Source: Octopus vulgaris (taxonomy: Eukaryota). From it: a DNA stretch of 64,000 nt. Below, piece after piece: positions 37,728-53,923 of this stretch (its first letter is position 1; every line of letters begins with the position of its first letter). The position numbers were made by a program, and so were the translations under genes. The DNA is taken from NCBI GenBank assembly GCA_951406725.2, contig OX597831.1:69192001-69256000 (forward strand). Direction: 5' to 3'. The notes below the pieces were generated by a model. The model did not search any database. It saw only the letters and a program-made list of their open reading frames with translations, and was not told the DNA's origin.

Positions 37728-39344
37728 GTTTATGTTCTATCAGTGGCACTGCATTGACTTAACCCACAAACACTGTTCTCCAACATCTTCTCAGTTCACA
37801 CTTGGCCACCTTAAATAAAGTGAGTTTGGATATAGAAAAAGGTGGGATGGTCATGGCATCATAATCATTATCATAAACCAAGAAACTCAAATGGTTGAGT
37901 TTCAATTCCTTTTGCAAACATTTTACTTTATGTATTTCTATGTTCAACTATGTTTCATTAGAGATTATAAGAATGGTAGAAATGCAATGATATACAGTGG
38001 ATTCTTTCTTTGGAGATAATGAAAACTATCAATCTGATCAAAGATCCTGTTTTATTCTGATGTTGTATCAAAGTGACCTATCTTTTGATTAATATGTTTC
38101 TTCTGTGTATCTAATATATTAAGATTGTCGGGAGGTTAATTAATGTGAGTCATCAGGTGCAGCTTAATCAATCATTTGGTTCAGCACCACCACAAAATTC
38201 AGGTCAGGCCTCTAGTCGGAAGATAATTTCTTCCTTTCCCTTGTACCATTTTAATACAAATCCTGAGTAATACCACTTCTCTTTACTTTGACTAAAAGAG
38301 ATGAAATAAAAATATTGAACATGTCATTCATACCTGGATGGATTCTGATTTTTGAGCACTTCATTTCTTGTTGCTTTTCATCACTTGTTTGACAATATGG
38401 TTTGTATTACAGACAAATGCCTTGTTTTGGAAAATAAGGAATTTTAACAAGCAGTCACATGCACTCAGTCATATCCTCCTCTGCCTCCTCCTCCTTGTCA
38501 TCGTCATCGTCATTTTACATCGTTTTCCATGCTGGCATTTTTTCAACGGATTACTATCATTAGAGACAGCATGTATTCAGTGGTTCTATTCACTTAGATG
38601 GGTTGGAAAATTTCATCTCACCTGTGTTTCATTTTTGGCTTCATTCCCTTTACAGAGTGTACAGGATGCTATTTTTCAAGACACCTGCACTAGAAAGGTA
38701 TCATGTCCTTGACAAGTCTAAAAGCCCGACACACATACACATACTCACATATATGACTTCAGAATGATGCACTACAAAATACAATGTGTTGGATTTTAAA
38801 CAAGAATATTAAAGAATACAACAGAGTGTCGTATCTACCCTCACATATATTTTTGAAAGCTAGCAAGCATTACTGCGAATTTACTGTGAACAAAATATTG
38901 TTCCATTGAAATACTTTCAACTAATGATTAAAATCATTTGTTTGATTTTCATAACAATCCTTGAATATTAATATGTCTCCTCCTCAATGTTTAAAAATTC
39001 ATGATTATCTCTAGGTGTTCAAGAAATTTTGATTAAGGAGATGATAATTACAAAATTTCAGTTAAATTAATGTTCCCTGCTATTCAGAATTAACTGCTAT
39101 AGAGGAATCAACACTTACATTCTGTCTGTATGGCTTCTTCTTTCTATTAACCTTTACATTGTAATTAATGAATTCATTGCTGTTGGTTTTTGCAAGTTTC
39201 CTAGTTGTAGTTCATTATAACAGTTCCTTTTCTAATTATCGTTTTTCATTAAAATAATATTTCTTTTATTCACAATTAACTTTTAGAAAATGAATTTTTT
39301 TTCAATTAAATCATTGTTATAATTACATTCTTAATATAATGACA

Positions 39345-39353
39345 GTCTGTCTG

Positions 39354-39435
<82 letters not shown>

Positions 39436-39460
39436 CATCCATCCATCCATCCATCCATCT
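39345..39460. repeat. (TCTG)/(TCTA)n/(TCCA)n compound microsatellite
   Basis: Visible directly in the sequence. Confidence 0.95.
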
Positions 39461-40148
39461 TTTCTTTTCTGTGTACATGTATATATGTATTATAAGTATA
39501 TATATATATATATATATATGCAGAGAGAGAGAGAAACTACATGTACGTATATAGTATTCAGGAGTAATGGGAGTAATGTACATATATATGTATAAATGTA
39601 TGCATGCATGTATATGCGTGTATATATATACACACAAACATGCACACACACATATATATAAATTGTATATATGTGTGTATAAGTTGTATGTGTGTGTGTG
39701 TGTGTAGAAAGAGGAGAGGTATATTTTATTTTAAACTTTTATTTTTAATTTATAAGATTCTTCAAAACTTCATGTTTTATCATTAACGCAATTTATGTAT
39801 GACTCAAATTGTTATTTATGTATCTTAGTTTGAATAATATCATACAATATACATGTGAGATAACAGAATAAACAATTAAAACAATATTTGGATAAACCAT
39901 TTTGTTGCTGCTTAAAATTCTGTTTTAATTCTATCCAAACAATTAAGAAAAATCTTTCAACTGAAAAGAAATTTGCAGTTTTAAATGTGAAATAGAACCA
40001 TTGTTAAAAGTGTGACATCATTCTGCATGATGTTTTCTTATGCATTTTCTCATTCAATTCCATCAATGTAAGTAAGGCATTTGAAAAGTAAAATGTCTCA
40101 TATATAAAATTAGTTTGCTGTACACATGCAACAGATTACACACACAGT

Positions 40149-40528
<380 letters not shown>

Positions 40529-41089
40529 TTCTTACCCATAACTTATCGCTTTACACCTCCATATATGTTTATTTACTTACCTATGGATCCACTTTTTGAC
40601 TATACGAGCGTCCGCGTACGTGTGTATACGCATATTTACATATGCACACGCATATATGTACATGCATACTTCGATATCTTATAGCTATACCCATGTGCGC
40701 GTGTGTCTCTGTGTGTGTATGTGAGTGTATATGTGCACGCACATACGGACACACAGCCGTGTGTGCGTGCACGTGTAGACATGAGTACGGGATTCTTTAC
40801 ATACATTCTTATACACATCCTTTAATATCTTATACCTAGACCTAGAGGCGTGGGCATATACGTGTGTGTATGTAGTGATGGGCGCGCGTATATACATGTG
40901 AGTGTGTACGCGTATAATGTCCGTGTATACATGCGGATATTCTGTTGTTGTATGTATGTGTGTGTACGCGCGTGCGTGTGGGTGCGTGTGTGTTTATGTA
41001 CGTGTTTACACGCGAGTGTGTGTGTATGCTTATAAGCTTGGAGGCGTATATGTACGTGTGTATGTGGGTGTATGTATCCATGATGATAT

Positions 41090-41812
41090 GTATGTACTAG
41101 AAGTCCATTTAATTCAAGGAACCAGATTAAATGCTCATCAGCTCTGATTTACAACGCATTAGGTCCCCAGACGAAACTGTTGATTTACTGACAATTCTAC
41201 AACTAAATTTTATCAATCTCCTGACCACCATGCTTGGTCCGTAACCTCTACACATCCCTTATCTTTACATTCTTTTACACTTTTATCATGTTTTTATCAG
41301 GTTTTTTTACTTTTATTTCTATTTCTATTTTTACTTTATAACCTTATGCCTTTACATTTATTTATATTTCTTTATATTTCTGTATACCCCCTTTACATCT
41401 CCTTACAACTCTTTATATCTTTATCTTCTACATTTTTATATTATTCTATACTTACACTTTTTATACATTTTTTATCCCTCGTCCCGAACTCTCGCCCCTC
41501 CATCTTCACCTCTTTATATGTATTTATTTATTTACATTACCTCAACATCCAATTTTCCTCATTCTACATTGAGAGAAGAAAGAGATGGACGCTTCAATTC
41601 TATGCTGCTGCCGCATTATGTCGTACGTGAATGAGAGGATTTGCATCCCCAACCAAGAGTTTTTGATGTAACACATGTCCTTGTGGAAACTGTTGTGCGC
41701 GGCTGAAGAAGGCCACAGACATACATTATGCATTGTTATAAATCTGTCTAATAAAGGCCCGAAACATATGTACCGCTGAATCCTTCGCATCATGTTTTTA
41801 TTTTATTTTGAT
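41090..41812 (+). mobile_element. Penelope-like 3' end/pLTR (T-rich tract plus hammerhead) abutting (TA)n
   Basis: Pyrimidine-rich 41270-41540 followed by a hammerhead, the same layout as the minus-strand unit at 6767-7450. Confidence 0.55.
41699..41776 (+). ncRNA. Type I hammerhead ribozyme motif
   Basis: GCGG-CTGAAGA-AGGCC(ACAGA...TCTGT...)GGCCC-GAAAC-ATAT-GTA-CCGC; helix III ACATATGT is a perfect palindrome. Confidence 0.75.
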
Positions 41813-43522
<1,710 letters not shown>

Positions 43523-43659
43523 GACTTACCTTCAATATTTTGGGCTTATGACCCCATTTTCAATTTCTTGCATTTACTTCACATTGTCTTGGACTCACCC
43601 ACGATCCTTTATACAATATATTCTGCACAACGCTTTGTAATAATTGTTCCATTAAAATA

Positions 43660-44040
43660 TATATATATATTTGTGTGTGTGTGTGCATGTATGTGTTTAT
43701 CCCCCTACCATCAGTTGACAACCAATGTTGGTGTGTTTACATCCTGTAACCTAGTGGTTCAGCAAAAAAGATAAAATAAATACTAGGCTTACAAAGAATA
43801 AGTTCTGGGATCAGTTTGTTCAACTAAAGGCAGTGCTCCAGCATGGCTGCAGTCAAATGCCTGAAACAAGTTAAAAATAAAGGAATATATACGATGGGTT
43901 TCTTTCAGTTTCTGTCTATCAAATCCATTCACACAAAGCTTTAGTAGAAAACACTTGGCCAAGGTGCCACGCAGTGGAACTGAACCCAGAACAATGTGCT
44001 TGGGAAGCAGGCTTTTTACCACACAGCCAAACCAGCACCT
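43660..44040. mobile_element. Rearranged SINE family A (3' half on plus, 5' half on minus)
   Basis: 43660-43880 matches the tail in forward orientation; 43885-44040 matches the head in reverse. Confidence 0.7.
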
Positions 44041-44352
44041 GTGGAGGCACATGGCCTAGTGATTAGAGTAGCGGACTCGCGGTCGAGGGATCGCGGGTTC
44101 GAATCTCAGACTGGGCGATGTGTGTGTTTATGAGCGAAACACCTAAGCTCCACGTGGCTCCGGCAGAAGGTAATGGCGAACTTCATGCTGACTCTTTCGC
44201 CACAACGTTCTCTCACTCTTTCCTCCTGCATCTTGCAGCTCACCTGCGATGGACCGGCGTCCCGTCCAGGTGGGGAACCTATACGCCAAGAAACTGGGAA
44301 ACCGGCCCTTATGAGCCAGGCATGGCTCGAAAAAGAACAAACAAACAAAAAC
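44041..44352 (+). mobile_element. tRNA(Arg)-like SINE family C
   Basis: A/B boxes and a GACTCGCGGTC anticodon-arm remnant; TSD ACCAGCACCT at 44031-44040 and 44353-44362. Confidence 0.9.
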
Positions 44353-44928
44353 ACCAGCACCTATACAGGTACATGGTATTTTGTTATGCAACCATAATAT
44401 GCTATAAAGTATATTAAACGTTTTGATAAGTCAGTACCATGTTCTACAGCATCAGCAGGGTACTTTCTAAAATCAGTGCTGGCTATAATTTCTATAGAAT
44501 ATCTACAGAAATAACCTTAATAAATAATGTAGAAAGTGCATTGCTAACACAGTAGAACATAATATTGACTTATTAAATCGTTTAATATACTTTATAGTAT
44601 ATTATAGTATATTATGTATCTAAAAGTCATGAACTTTTACCTACCAGTTTCAGGAATACGTTTAATATGTAAATTGGTATGTCCAATAACAACTCACTAC
44701 TAGATACATTGGATATTTAAGCAATGTGTTTGAGGACACTTAATGGGTTAGATGGGTGCTAATGAAGGGGCAACCCTCCCCCACCGAAATATGGCATATA
44801 CTCCCATTACTTGTTTTTCATCTTCGACTTCATTGCGTATTTACATATGACATCTTGTATACAAAATGTTGTAGCAAAAATCAGTGGTGGGAGTAATTTT
44901 TATAGAATATCTATAGAGATAACCTTCA

Positions 44929-45075
44929 ATGTGGTAAGTAGCTTGCTCACCAACCATATGGTTTTGGGTTCAGTTTCACTGTGAGGCACCTTGGGCAAGT
45001 GTCTTCTACTATAGCCTCGGGCTGACCAAAGCCTTGTGTGCAGATTTGGTGGACAGAAACTGAAAGAAGCCCATC

Positions 45076-45133
<58 letters not shown>

Positions 45134-45711
45134 CTGTGTTTGTCACCCCACCATTGCTTGACAACCGATGCTGGTGTGTTTATGTTCCTGTAAATTAGCA
45201 GTTCGGTAAAAGAAACTGATAGAATAAGCAATAGGCTTACAAAAAATAAGTCCTAGGGTCGATTTGGTAGGGGTTCATTTGCTAGAATAAAGGCGGTGCT
45301 CCAGCATGGCCACAGTCAAATGACTGAAACAAATAAAAGAATATGTAAATATATATCTTTAATTTTTTACAGGTTTCAGTCAATGGACTGTGGTCATACT
45401 GGGGCACTGCCTTGAATCAATCCTAGTACTCTTTCTTTTAAAGCTTGTTACTTATTCTGTCATCGCTTTTGCTGAACCAGTAAGTTACATGGATGATAAC
45501 AAACCAACACTAGCTGTCTTGTGGTGGTGTGTGACAAACACAACTATGAAGATGCACACACACACACACACAACCACAACCACACACAAATACACACACA
45601 TGCACACACATATCATACAATGGGCTTCTTTCAGTTTCTGTTTACCAGATCCACTTACAAGGCTCTGGTTGACTTGAGGCTCAAAATGCCACATAATGGG
45701 ATTGAACCTGG
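44929..45711. mobile_element. Two tail-to-tail family A SINEs (44929-45340 plus; 45357-45711 minus)
   Basis: Homology to family A. Confidence 0.8.
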
Positions 45712-45929
45712 GTGAGAAAGAATCTTTTCTTATCGCACAGGTGTATGTGTGTTCGTTTGCGTGTGCATATGTGTGAGAGTGTTTGTATATGTATATTTTC
45801 ATTAAATGAAGAATTAAAAAAAATATTTTAATAAATGTACACTTCATCTTTGTTATTCAAATACATGCCAAGTACCAATGTGAGTTATTCACCTTAAATT
45901 ATTTTCACTTCAATTATGCAAATTACCAA

Positions 45930-46146
45930 TGCGGCAAACTGGCAGAAATGTTAGCATGCTGGGCAAAATGCTTTGCAGTATTTCATCTGTTTTTACATTC
46001 TGAGTTCAAATTCAGCCGAGGTCGACTTTGCCTTTCATCCTTTTGGGGTCAATAAATTAAGTACCAGTTGCATACTGGGGCCGATCAAATCGACTGGCCC
46101 CACCTCCCCAAAAATTTCAGGCCTTGTGCCTAGAGTAGAAAAGAAT
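45930..46146 (+). mobile_element. SINE family B (variant tail)
   Basis: Head and core as at 36237. Confidence 0.8.
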
Positions 46147-46446
46147 TATGTAAATTACTTCAGTCTTAAATGTGTTCTACACTTTTTACTGTAATGTCTA
46201 AATGTCTTGTCTACTGAAGATAAGTAGGACTATTACTGTGCTGATGATGTCTATTAGGACAGGAACAAATACCCACAGCTCTCTTCTTATTTCCAGAAAA
46301 TCACAGACTGTTTTTCTATCTTAACAGCATGACAATTTTAGAGGGTTATTCATTCTTGAGGTTAATTCTCTGTTCTTTTGGAATTGGTATTAATTGCTAC
46401 TAAATGGTTATACTACCCTCCCTAGAAGTAGAGATGGTTTCATTAA

Positions 46447-46658
46447 CCCTTTATCATTCAGTTTACTCCATCAAATGCAATGTTTATTTATTCACATTGT
46501 TTTGAACTGATCTTGTAACCTTGAAATTTTGATAATGTGATTCATTATTTTAGAGTGGCATTGTGGAATGACAGGTGTGAGAAACTAGATTTTGCCAGTT
46601 TGAACATAAAACAGGTAGAATATTTTGTTCAGATATGGTTGGTTTAAATGCTAAAGGA
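46447..46658. mobile_element. piggyBac-type MITE (second family)
   Basis: TTAA|CCCTTTATCATT...AATGCTAAAGGA|TTAA. Confidence 0.65.
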
Positions 46659-47102
46659 TTAAATTGAAAATTTATCTTGTATATTATTTAATACACCCTT
46701 ACATATCTATGTTGTTCATATATGTGCCTCTGGCAATTCATATATAGATATATAAATATGTGTGTATGTAAATATTTTTGTGCACACACACATACACAGA
46801 CATGCATATATATAAAGATAGAGAAATAGATAGATAGCTAGATACTTACTTAAATACATACATACTCACATACATATGTAACACACAGCCTAACTAACAA
46901 TCTTGAGAAATTAGGCATCTTAAAACCAGAAAGGAAAAAGCTAATTCGAAGATTACAGATCCAATCCGTCACTGGAACTGTAAAACTCTGTAAAACTTTC
47001 CAGAAGTTTATCATTTAAATATATATGAGCATGTCTAGATATGCGATTATATGCAAGAGAATACATATATAAAAGAACACACACAAATCTGCATATATAT
47101 AT

Positions 47103-47133
<31 letters not shown>

Positions 47134-47137
47134 CATA

Positions 47138-47540
47138 GGTGCAGGAGTGGCTGTGTGGTAAGTAGCTTGCTAACCAACCACATGGTTCCGGGTTCAGTCC
47201 CACTGTCTGGCATCTTGGGCAAGTGTCTTCTGCTATAGCCCCGGTCTGACCAATGCCTTGTGAGTGGATTTGGTAGACGGAAACTGAAAGAAGCCTGTCG
47301 TATATATGTATATATATATATGTGTGTGTTTGTGTGTCTGTGTTTGTCCCCCTAGCAGTGCTTGACAACCGATGCTGGTGTGTTTACGTCCCCGTCACTT
47401 AGCGGTTCGGCAAAAAGAGACTGATAGAATAAGTACTAGGCTTACAAAGAATAAGTCCCGGGGGCGATTTGCTCGACTAAAGGCGGTGCTCCAGCATGGC
47501 CGCAGTCAAATGACTGAAACAAGTAAAAGAGTAAAAGAGT
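47138..47540 (+). mobile_element. SINE family A, full length
   Basis: Complete head to (GTAAAAGA)n tail. Confidence 0.9.
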
Positions 47541-47810
47541 ATACAAGTAAAAATATCCTGTTGTTGATGCTGGAATTCTAATGAAGGAGCCTTGGTTAGA
47601 AACTGGCTCTTTATTGATAAGAGATCTTAAAATATAACTGAACAATGACATACACACATATATTCATGAGATATCTTTTCTAGAAACTTCATGTACACCC
47701 AGTCAACTCTACTTGATCTGATGTGTGGTTGAGGTTTCAAATCAAATAAAGACTCCAGGCTATGGCCATTTTATGTAGACATGAATTTGGAAACTTAAAA
47801 CATGAGGAAA

Positions 47811-48209
47811 TCTTTATATATAAAAGTGAAGTTGTGTGTCTGTCTCCTACGATTTAGATTCCTAACTACTCCCACATTTTGCGGTGCAGTTTAACCAAAA
47901 CCGGGTATCTTATAGTCGTGATTCATATCGAGCCCTTCTGGGTATTAGCGCACGTCTACAATGAGTCTACGATTTAAAAAAAAATTTACCATCACTTTTT
48001 TTCCATTTTAATGCATTTTTTCGCTATTATATAAGGGAAGTAACTCTCTAAAAATGTCTACGATGAGTCAACGATTTAAAAAAAAATTTACCAACATTTT
48101 TTTTCCATTTTTAATGCATTTGTTTGCTATTTTTTGGCTATAACTCTCTAAAAATGCTTATATAGTTATTTCCCTTACAAACCCGAGCGACGCCGGGTGA
48201 TACTGCTAG
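47811..48209 (+). mobile_element. Non-autonomous Helitron (family D)
   Basis: A|TC start, 3' hairpin and CTAG end. Confidence 0.85.
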
Positions 48210-49304
48210 AATTTTATAATTTTAAAGACAGTTAGGAGTTATTTGAAGACGTGTTGGTTTTTATATTGAACTAACTTAGCACTAGGACAAAAGCTTTGTT
48301 GCTGACTTTAGAGGTTATTTTCTAGATAGCAAACAATATCAACTTTTAATAAAAGATATATCTCATAGATACCTATTTTTTTTAAATGCTGTCAAGTTTC
48401 TTTTGTGATGGAAAGAAGTGACAAAATAGAGCCATATGTTTTGGAGATTCTTCTAAATAGCTTTTATTCATTGCAAAATATTTTTTTAAATGTGTAAAAA
48501 AAAAAAAGAAACAGAACAACATATTTATTTAAGCAGATATTTACGTATCATAAAAGTTTCTTCATATAGAAGACTTACAAAATATAAACTTAAAATCTTT
48601 TATAAATAGTTTGGATGGTGCAACATAGATTTATAAGCATTTGATAAGACTTCAGTTTATTTCCTTGTCATTTTAATTTGCTGACTAGAAAGTTTGATAT
48701 TGAAAATGTATTGAAAGCAATGTATTTTCTTGGAATGTGCTGACCTATGGTATAATTACACTGTGGTATCTTTTGGAGATGCAAGGAATTGCATCAAAAA
48801 TCAATGCTTATCTCTTATATGCCATAAATGGTATGAATTCTTCTAGCTAAGAAATACTTTTTAGACTGTTATTTCAGATGGGTGGTGAATACATGATCAG
48901 CATAAATTTCAAATAGCAATACATACATTTTTGCTAAAAATTAAAGTATTTGAACAATATGTGAATACAAATAATCAAGTCAGAAGGGTAACATTTAACA
49001 GTCTCTAAATTCAGCTGTTTAAATTCAGTCACAAACTATCAGTCAATTCTTAGTGGCTGAATTCACCTTCATCTAAATAAGAAATGTGGGAAGGGTTATA
49101 ATTTCTTTAAAGTAGTAACCACATTTGGCAATCAATGAATAATTCATTGGCTTGCTATGCTGAGTGAATTTATTTCCTCTTGTAGGAAAAGCTACATTCA
49201 AAAGATCCTTGCCTTTTACAAGAGGGATTTGACTCTCATCCATGAATTCTATAGAAACCAGAGTCAAGCCCTGGATTTAAGAATTTGAATAGATTTTCTG
49301 CTTG

Positions 49305-49625
49305 CTCTTTGCTCTTTTGCTTGTTTCAGTCATTTGACTGCGGCCATGCTGGAGCACCACTTTTAGTCGAGCAAATCGACCCCAGGACTTATTCTTTGTA
49401 AGCTAATTCTATCGGTCTCTTTTGCCGAACTGCTTAGTGACGGGGACGTTAACACACCAGCATCGGTTATCAAGCAATGCTGGGGGGACAAACACAGACA
49501 CACAAACACACACATATATATATACATATATACGACAGGCTTCTTTCAGATTCCGTCTACCAAATCCACTCACAAGGCATTGGTCGGCCCGGGGCTATAG
49601 CAGAAGACACTTCCCCAAGATGCCA
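49305..49625 (-). mobile_element. SINE family A lacking its tRNA head
   Basis: Homology to family A. Confidence 0.85.
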
Positions 49626-51000
49626 TTTGTTCAGAATGTCTACAATAATTGTTTCGAACGTAGGCAGAATGTTACATACTTAGTGTGTAGGGTGTAGTTG
49701 ATTATGTAGGCTGCAGTTAATTGTTGTTAGTTATTTGATCAACAATAGAAGGGTACTAAACTCAGAAAACATAACTTGGTGCAATTAAATAACATGAGAC
49801 CTTTTATCTTGCACTTTACTGATTTGACCAATCCAATATTGTGGAAATTGTTAGAAGAGAAATCAAAATAAAGTAATGAAAACATGTAACTCTCTAGTTG
49901 AAAGGGCAGCCAACATATTCTATGATGGTGATATAGTGTTTCTATCTTTTAACAAAGACTACATTTCAGATGTACCTCTAATTGTCCCATGCTGCAAGAC
50001 TGGTTTCATCAGTATCAACCACAAATTACAAAAAATCTACTTGGTTGAGAAGACTACATGGTCGAGCAGCTAGCAGTTACATCTTCTACGTATCTAATGG
50101 GAAAAGAACCCGGTCTCTTCTCTGTTAAGAGCAGCCTGTAAAGAAACAATAAGATAACCAAGGAAAGCAAGGCATGAAAGGGTTTAGCAGATGCTTTGGC
50201 AACGAATGTGATACCAATGTATTCGAAAACCTGGTCAGTGTAAATTTGACTTTACTGATAATAATAGCTGCAAATAAAATACCAAATCGTTGCACTGATA
50301 CCTGTTTTTTTTAGTTATGTCTGTGAGGTGAGAATGTGAAGAGCTGTTGAGGAAATGCTTAATATCCCAAATGCATCCCTTTCTTAACTGCCAAGCAATG
50401 ATCTAGACCAGCTAATTCAAATGCACACACTTTCTTAAAAAGTAGGCGCATCGCATAATAGGAAACTATATTTTTTGTATATAACTTCTAAAAATTTATG
50501 TTAATTAAGTAAAGCAGATAAGTAAAAGAGTTTCTCTAAAATTATAACAGTAACTAGGTCACAGAGGTAATAGATGGTGTTATTAAGAAAAAAGGATGAG
50601 TGAATATAAAAGTTTTTACATAAACTTAGACAGCTAAAATGACTCTCTTTCCCATTGCAAAATGTAAAAATAGCATTCTTTATGCATCCTGGTTCATAAA
50701 TTAGGTTTACTTTGTATGCCATAAAAATCAGTTAAAAGGTTGGCATCAGAAAGAACATCCATAGGTGAAACACGCCTTCAAATTGTTAAGTTCAATCCAT
50801 GTCAAGTGAGGCAAAATAGACAAATGATGATGAAGTGGAGGTAGATGATGGATAAAAGAAACCATTTGAAAATCTTGAATAAGAAAATATTTATGAAAGA
50901 AACTATTTAACATTTAAATACAATGTGTAGTGGGACCAGGGACCAGGTATACCAATGTGTTTCTGAAAGCCATTCTAGTTGGAATATGTGGGTATATATG

Positions 51001-51049
<49 letters not shown>

Positions 51050-51171
51050 ATATGGCAATATATTTTGTCAAGTCTCTGTTTACTATTATCAACTTTTCAT
51101 TGAACATAGTTAATTAATTATAGCATTCGTATATCTTAATCAAGGTTGAATCACACACACAGACACACACA

Positions 51172-51204
<33 letters not shown>

Positions 51205-51960
51205 CTATATATAATGGAAAGACAAGGGGGAGAAGAAGTAGGGTAACATAACTAAATATGTAACATTACTGCAACTTTAGATATTTCATTCTTTATCTTT
51301 TGAAGAGAATATTAGTAAGCGAAATTGCAATGTTATTTTCAGTCTGAACAGGAATGCAGTGAGTAGCTTGTTCCCCAGTTCAAATGTGCATCAAGCATAT
51401 TCACACTTATCACTGCTTAGTGCCCCCCCCCCCCTTCTGTAATTTACTTACGGTGAGCCACCATATAGGGCTGTCAGTCATCGTACAGTGACTGGAAAAG
51501 CATAAGAGAGGTAATTTCTTAATTCAACTCACAGTGCTGTCCACTTAATGTCTTGACCGATGAGGAAAAAACTACTCCAAAATGTTAACGTCTTACAGTC
51601 TAGGTAAATGGTACTGTGAGCTGATCTAAGTGTATACACACTATTTGTCAACAAGTGGGATATAGTCTCTGTGACAAAACACAGTGAGTAGCTTGTTCCT
51701 CAGTTCGAATGAGCATCAAGCACATTCTGATTGATGATAACATTGTAATTTCCTTTATCACTGCTTAGTGCATCCCCTCTGAAACTAGTAAATGAAATCA
51801 TCACATGATCAATTAGAAATCCCTGTGCTTTAGTATCCAAAGATACTACTTCCAATGGAATTACTTCATGTAACCAATTAATACTTTTAAAATGTGAGTG
51901 TTTAAAAATGATCTAATAGCATCATAGATTTTAAAGTAAATAACAATTTCATATGTCAAA

Positions 51961-52375
51961 GGCTCAGGAGTGGCTGTGTGGTAAGTAGCTTGCTTACCAA
52001 CCACATGGTTCAGGGTTCAGTCCCACTGCGTGGCACCTTGGGCAAGTGTCTTCTACTATAGCCTCGGGCCGACCAAAGTGTTGTGAGTGGATTTGATAGA
52101 TGGAAACTGAAAGAAGCCTGTCGTATATATGTATATATATGTATGTGTGTGTGTGTGTTTGTGTGTCTGTGTTTGTCCCCCCAACATCGCTTGACAACTG
52201 ATGCTGGTGTGTTTGCGTCCCTGTAACTTAGCGGTTCGGCAAAAGAGACCAATAGAATAAGTACTAGGCTTACAAAGAATAAGTCCTGGGGTTGATTTGC
52301 TCGACTAAAGGCGGTGCTCCAGCATGGCTGCAGTCAAATGACTGAAACAAGTAAAAGAAAAGAAAAAAGAAAAAG
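51961..52375 (+). mobile_element. SINE family A, full length
   Basis: Homology to family A. Confidence 0.9.
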
Positions 52376-53249
52376 GGAATTAGCTTATGTAACCGACATT
52401 TTTTGAGTTTTCAGCATTTAAAACACACGTATTTTTAAAACAATCTAATAGCAAAGTGCACTTCACAAAACGCATTTCCATAAACCATCATTTTTCATGG
52501 TGAAGATACACTCATGTGTATGAGCTATATTTGGGTGTACATAAAAGTTGTACATTAGGCCCTCTGTGCCTTGCAATCTTGCCATTTAGTGTTCATGTTT
52601 TCTGTGTATGGTGATTTTTGTATGAGCTGTCTTATTTTACCAGTCACTATAACCTTGTTTCCATTGTATAATATATGCCCTCTTTGATAATGCGTAGTGA
52701 CAGGGAAACTCTCACTAAAAACAGCTGGTATGTGCAGTGATCAGTCGTTCAAGAAAGAATGACAGCAAAAGCCTCAAATTTAAAGATTGCTTTCAGTATT
52801 ATGGAAATAAGCCAGTTATTGTAATTCTTCAGGGTTTATTTTTATTTTTTGAGAAACTCAAATAAATCCATGCTAATAAAACACAAGACTTTTATAAAAT
52901 AAATGTAAGCAATGAAGTGATATGGCTAAATCTAGTGTTGATATTTCTTAATTTATGGTAGAAAAACTGAGAGTAGCAACCATAAAAAATTGCTTCTGAC
53001 TAGCTATTTTGTTGAACATAGCAAATGTTTTTTGCGAATGTTCATAATCTTCTGATAGAATGTAAGAAAGAAATTTTGAATATTAAGGTTACTGAAATAT
53101 TAAAATTGGAAAGAATAAAATTTTTGTATGTTATTCAGAATGGAATAGACTTTTCTAAAAAAAAAAAGAAGAAAAAAAAAAAGAAAATAAGTGGTAACAG
53201 AGAGCTGCAAGGCATAAATGTTTTCTGTCATTATAGACAGAAGTACAGA

Positions 53250-53874
53250 CGATTCAGTTACTCAGATTTGGACTGTAGTTGTGAGATACATTGATTTGAA
53301 AAGATTGTTAATGCATTGTTAGATACTTTAGACATCGAAAATGAAATTGCTTTAGGGCTTCACAATTCTGTCAATTCTACCTTGCAGGAAAGATGTATTC
53401 CTCTAAAAAAAAATATTAATAGTCTTTCAATCTATAATTTTTCTGCCATGATGGCCACCAAAGACGTATTGAAGAAAATGTCGAATGTTGCTATACCTTT
53501 TGTTTTTATTATGGGATGTGTTTGACATATTTTCGATCGTTTTACTAATCATACTGTTAGCATATTAACTTTCTATTAGGGATTCTCGTTAAAGACTTAA
53601 CATATCACTTTTCTAGCAGCAACAGGGGACTACAGAGTTTCATATTTATTACTCTCTCTCTCTTTTACTCTTTTACTTGTTTCAGTCATTTGACTGCGGC
53701 CATGCTGGAGCACCGCCTTTAGTCGAGCAAATCGACCCTGGGACTTATTCTTTGTAAGCCCAGTACTTATTCTATCGGTCTCTTTTGCCGAACCGCTAAG
53801 TGACGGGGACATAAACACACCAGCATCGGTTGTCAAGCAATGCTAGGGGGATAAACACAGACACACAAACACAT

Positions 53875-53923
<49 letters not shown>

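Noticed and set aside
44041-44115. tRNA-Arg gene (and other SINE heads as tRNAs)
   Set aside because: No proper acceptor stem; continues into a multicopy SINE body flanked by a TSD.
48878-48916. Acceptor followed by MGGEYMISINFK, filamin-like and similar to MSGEY at 37659
   Set aside because: Stops after 12 codons with no usable donor; likely chance similarity.
51357-51775. Short diverged direct repeats (also 44470/44878, 11082-11118 and 17352-17440)
   Set aside because: Small local duplications with no further structure.
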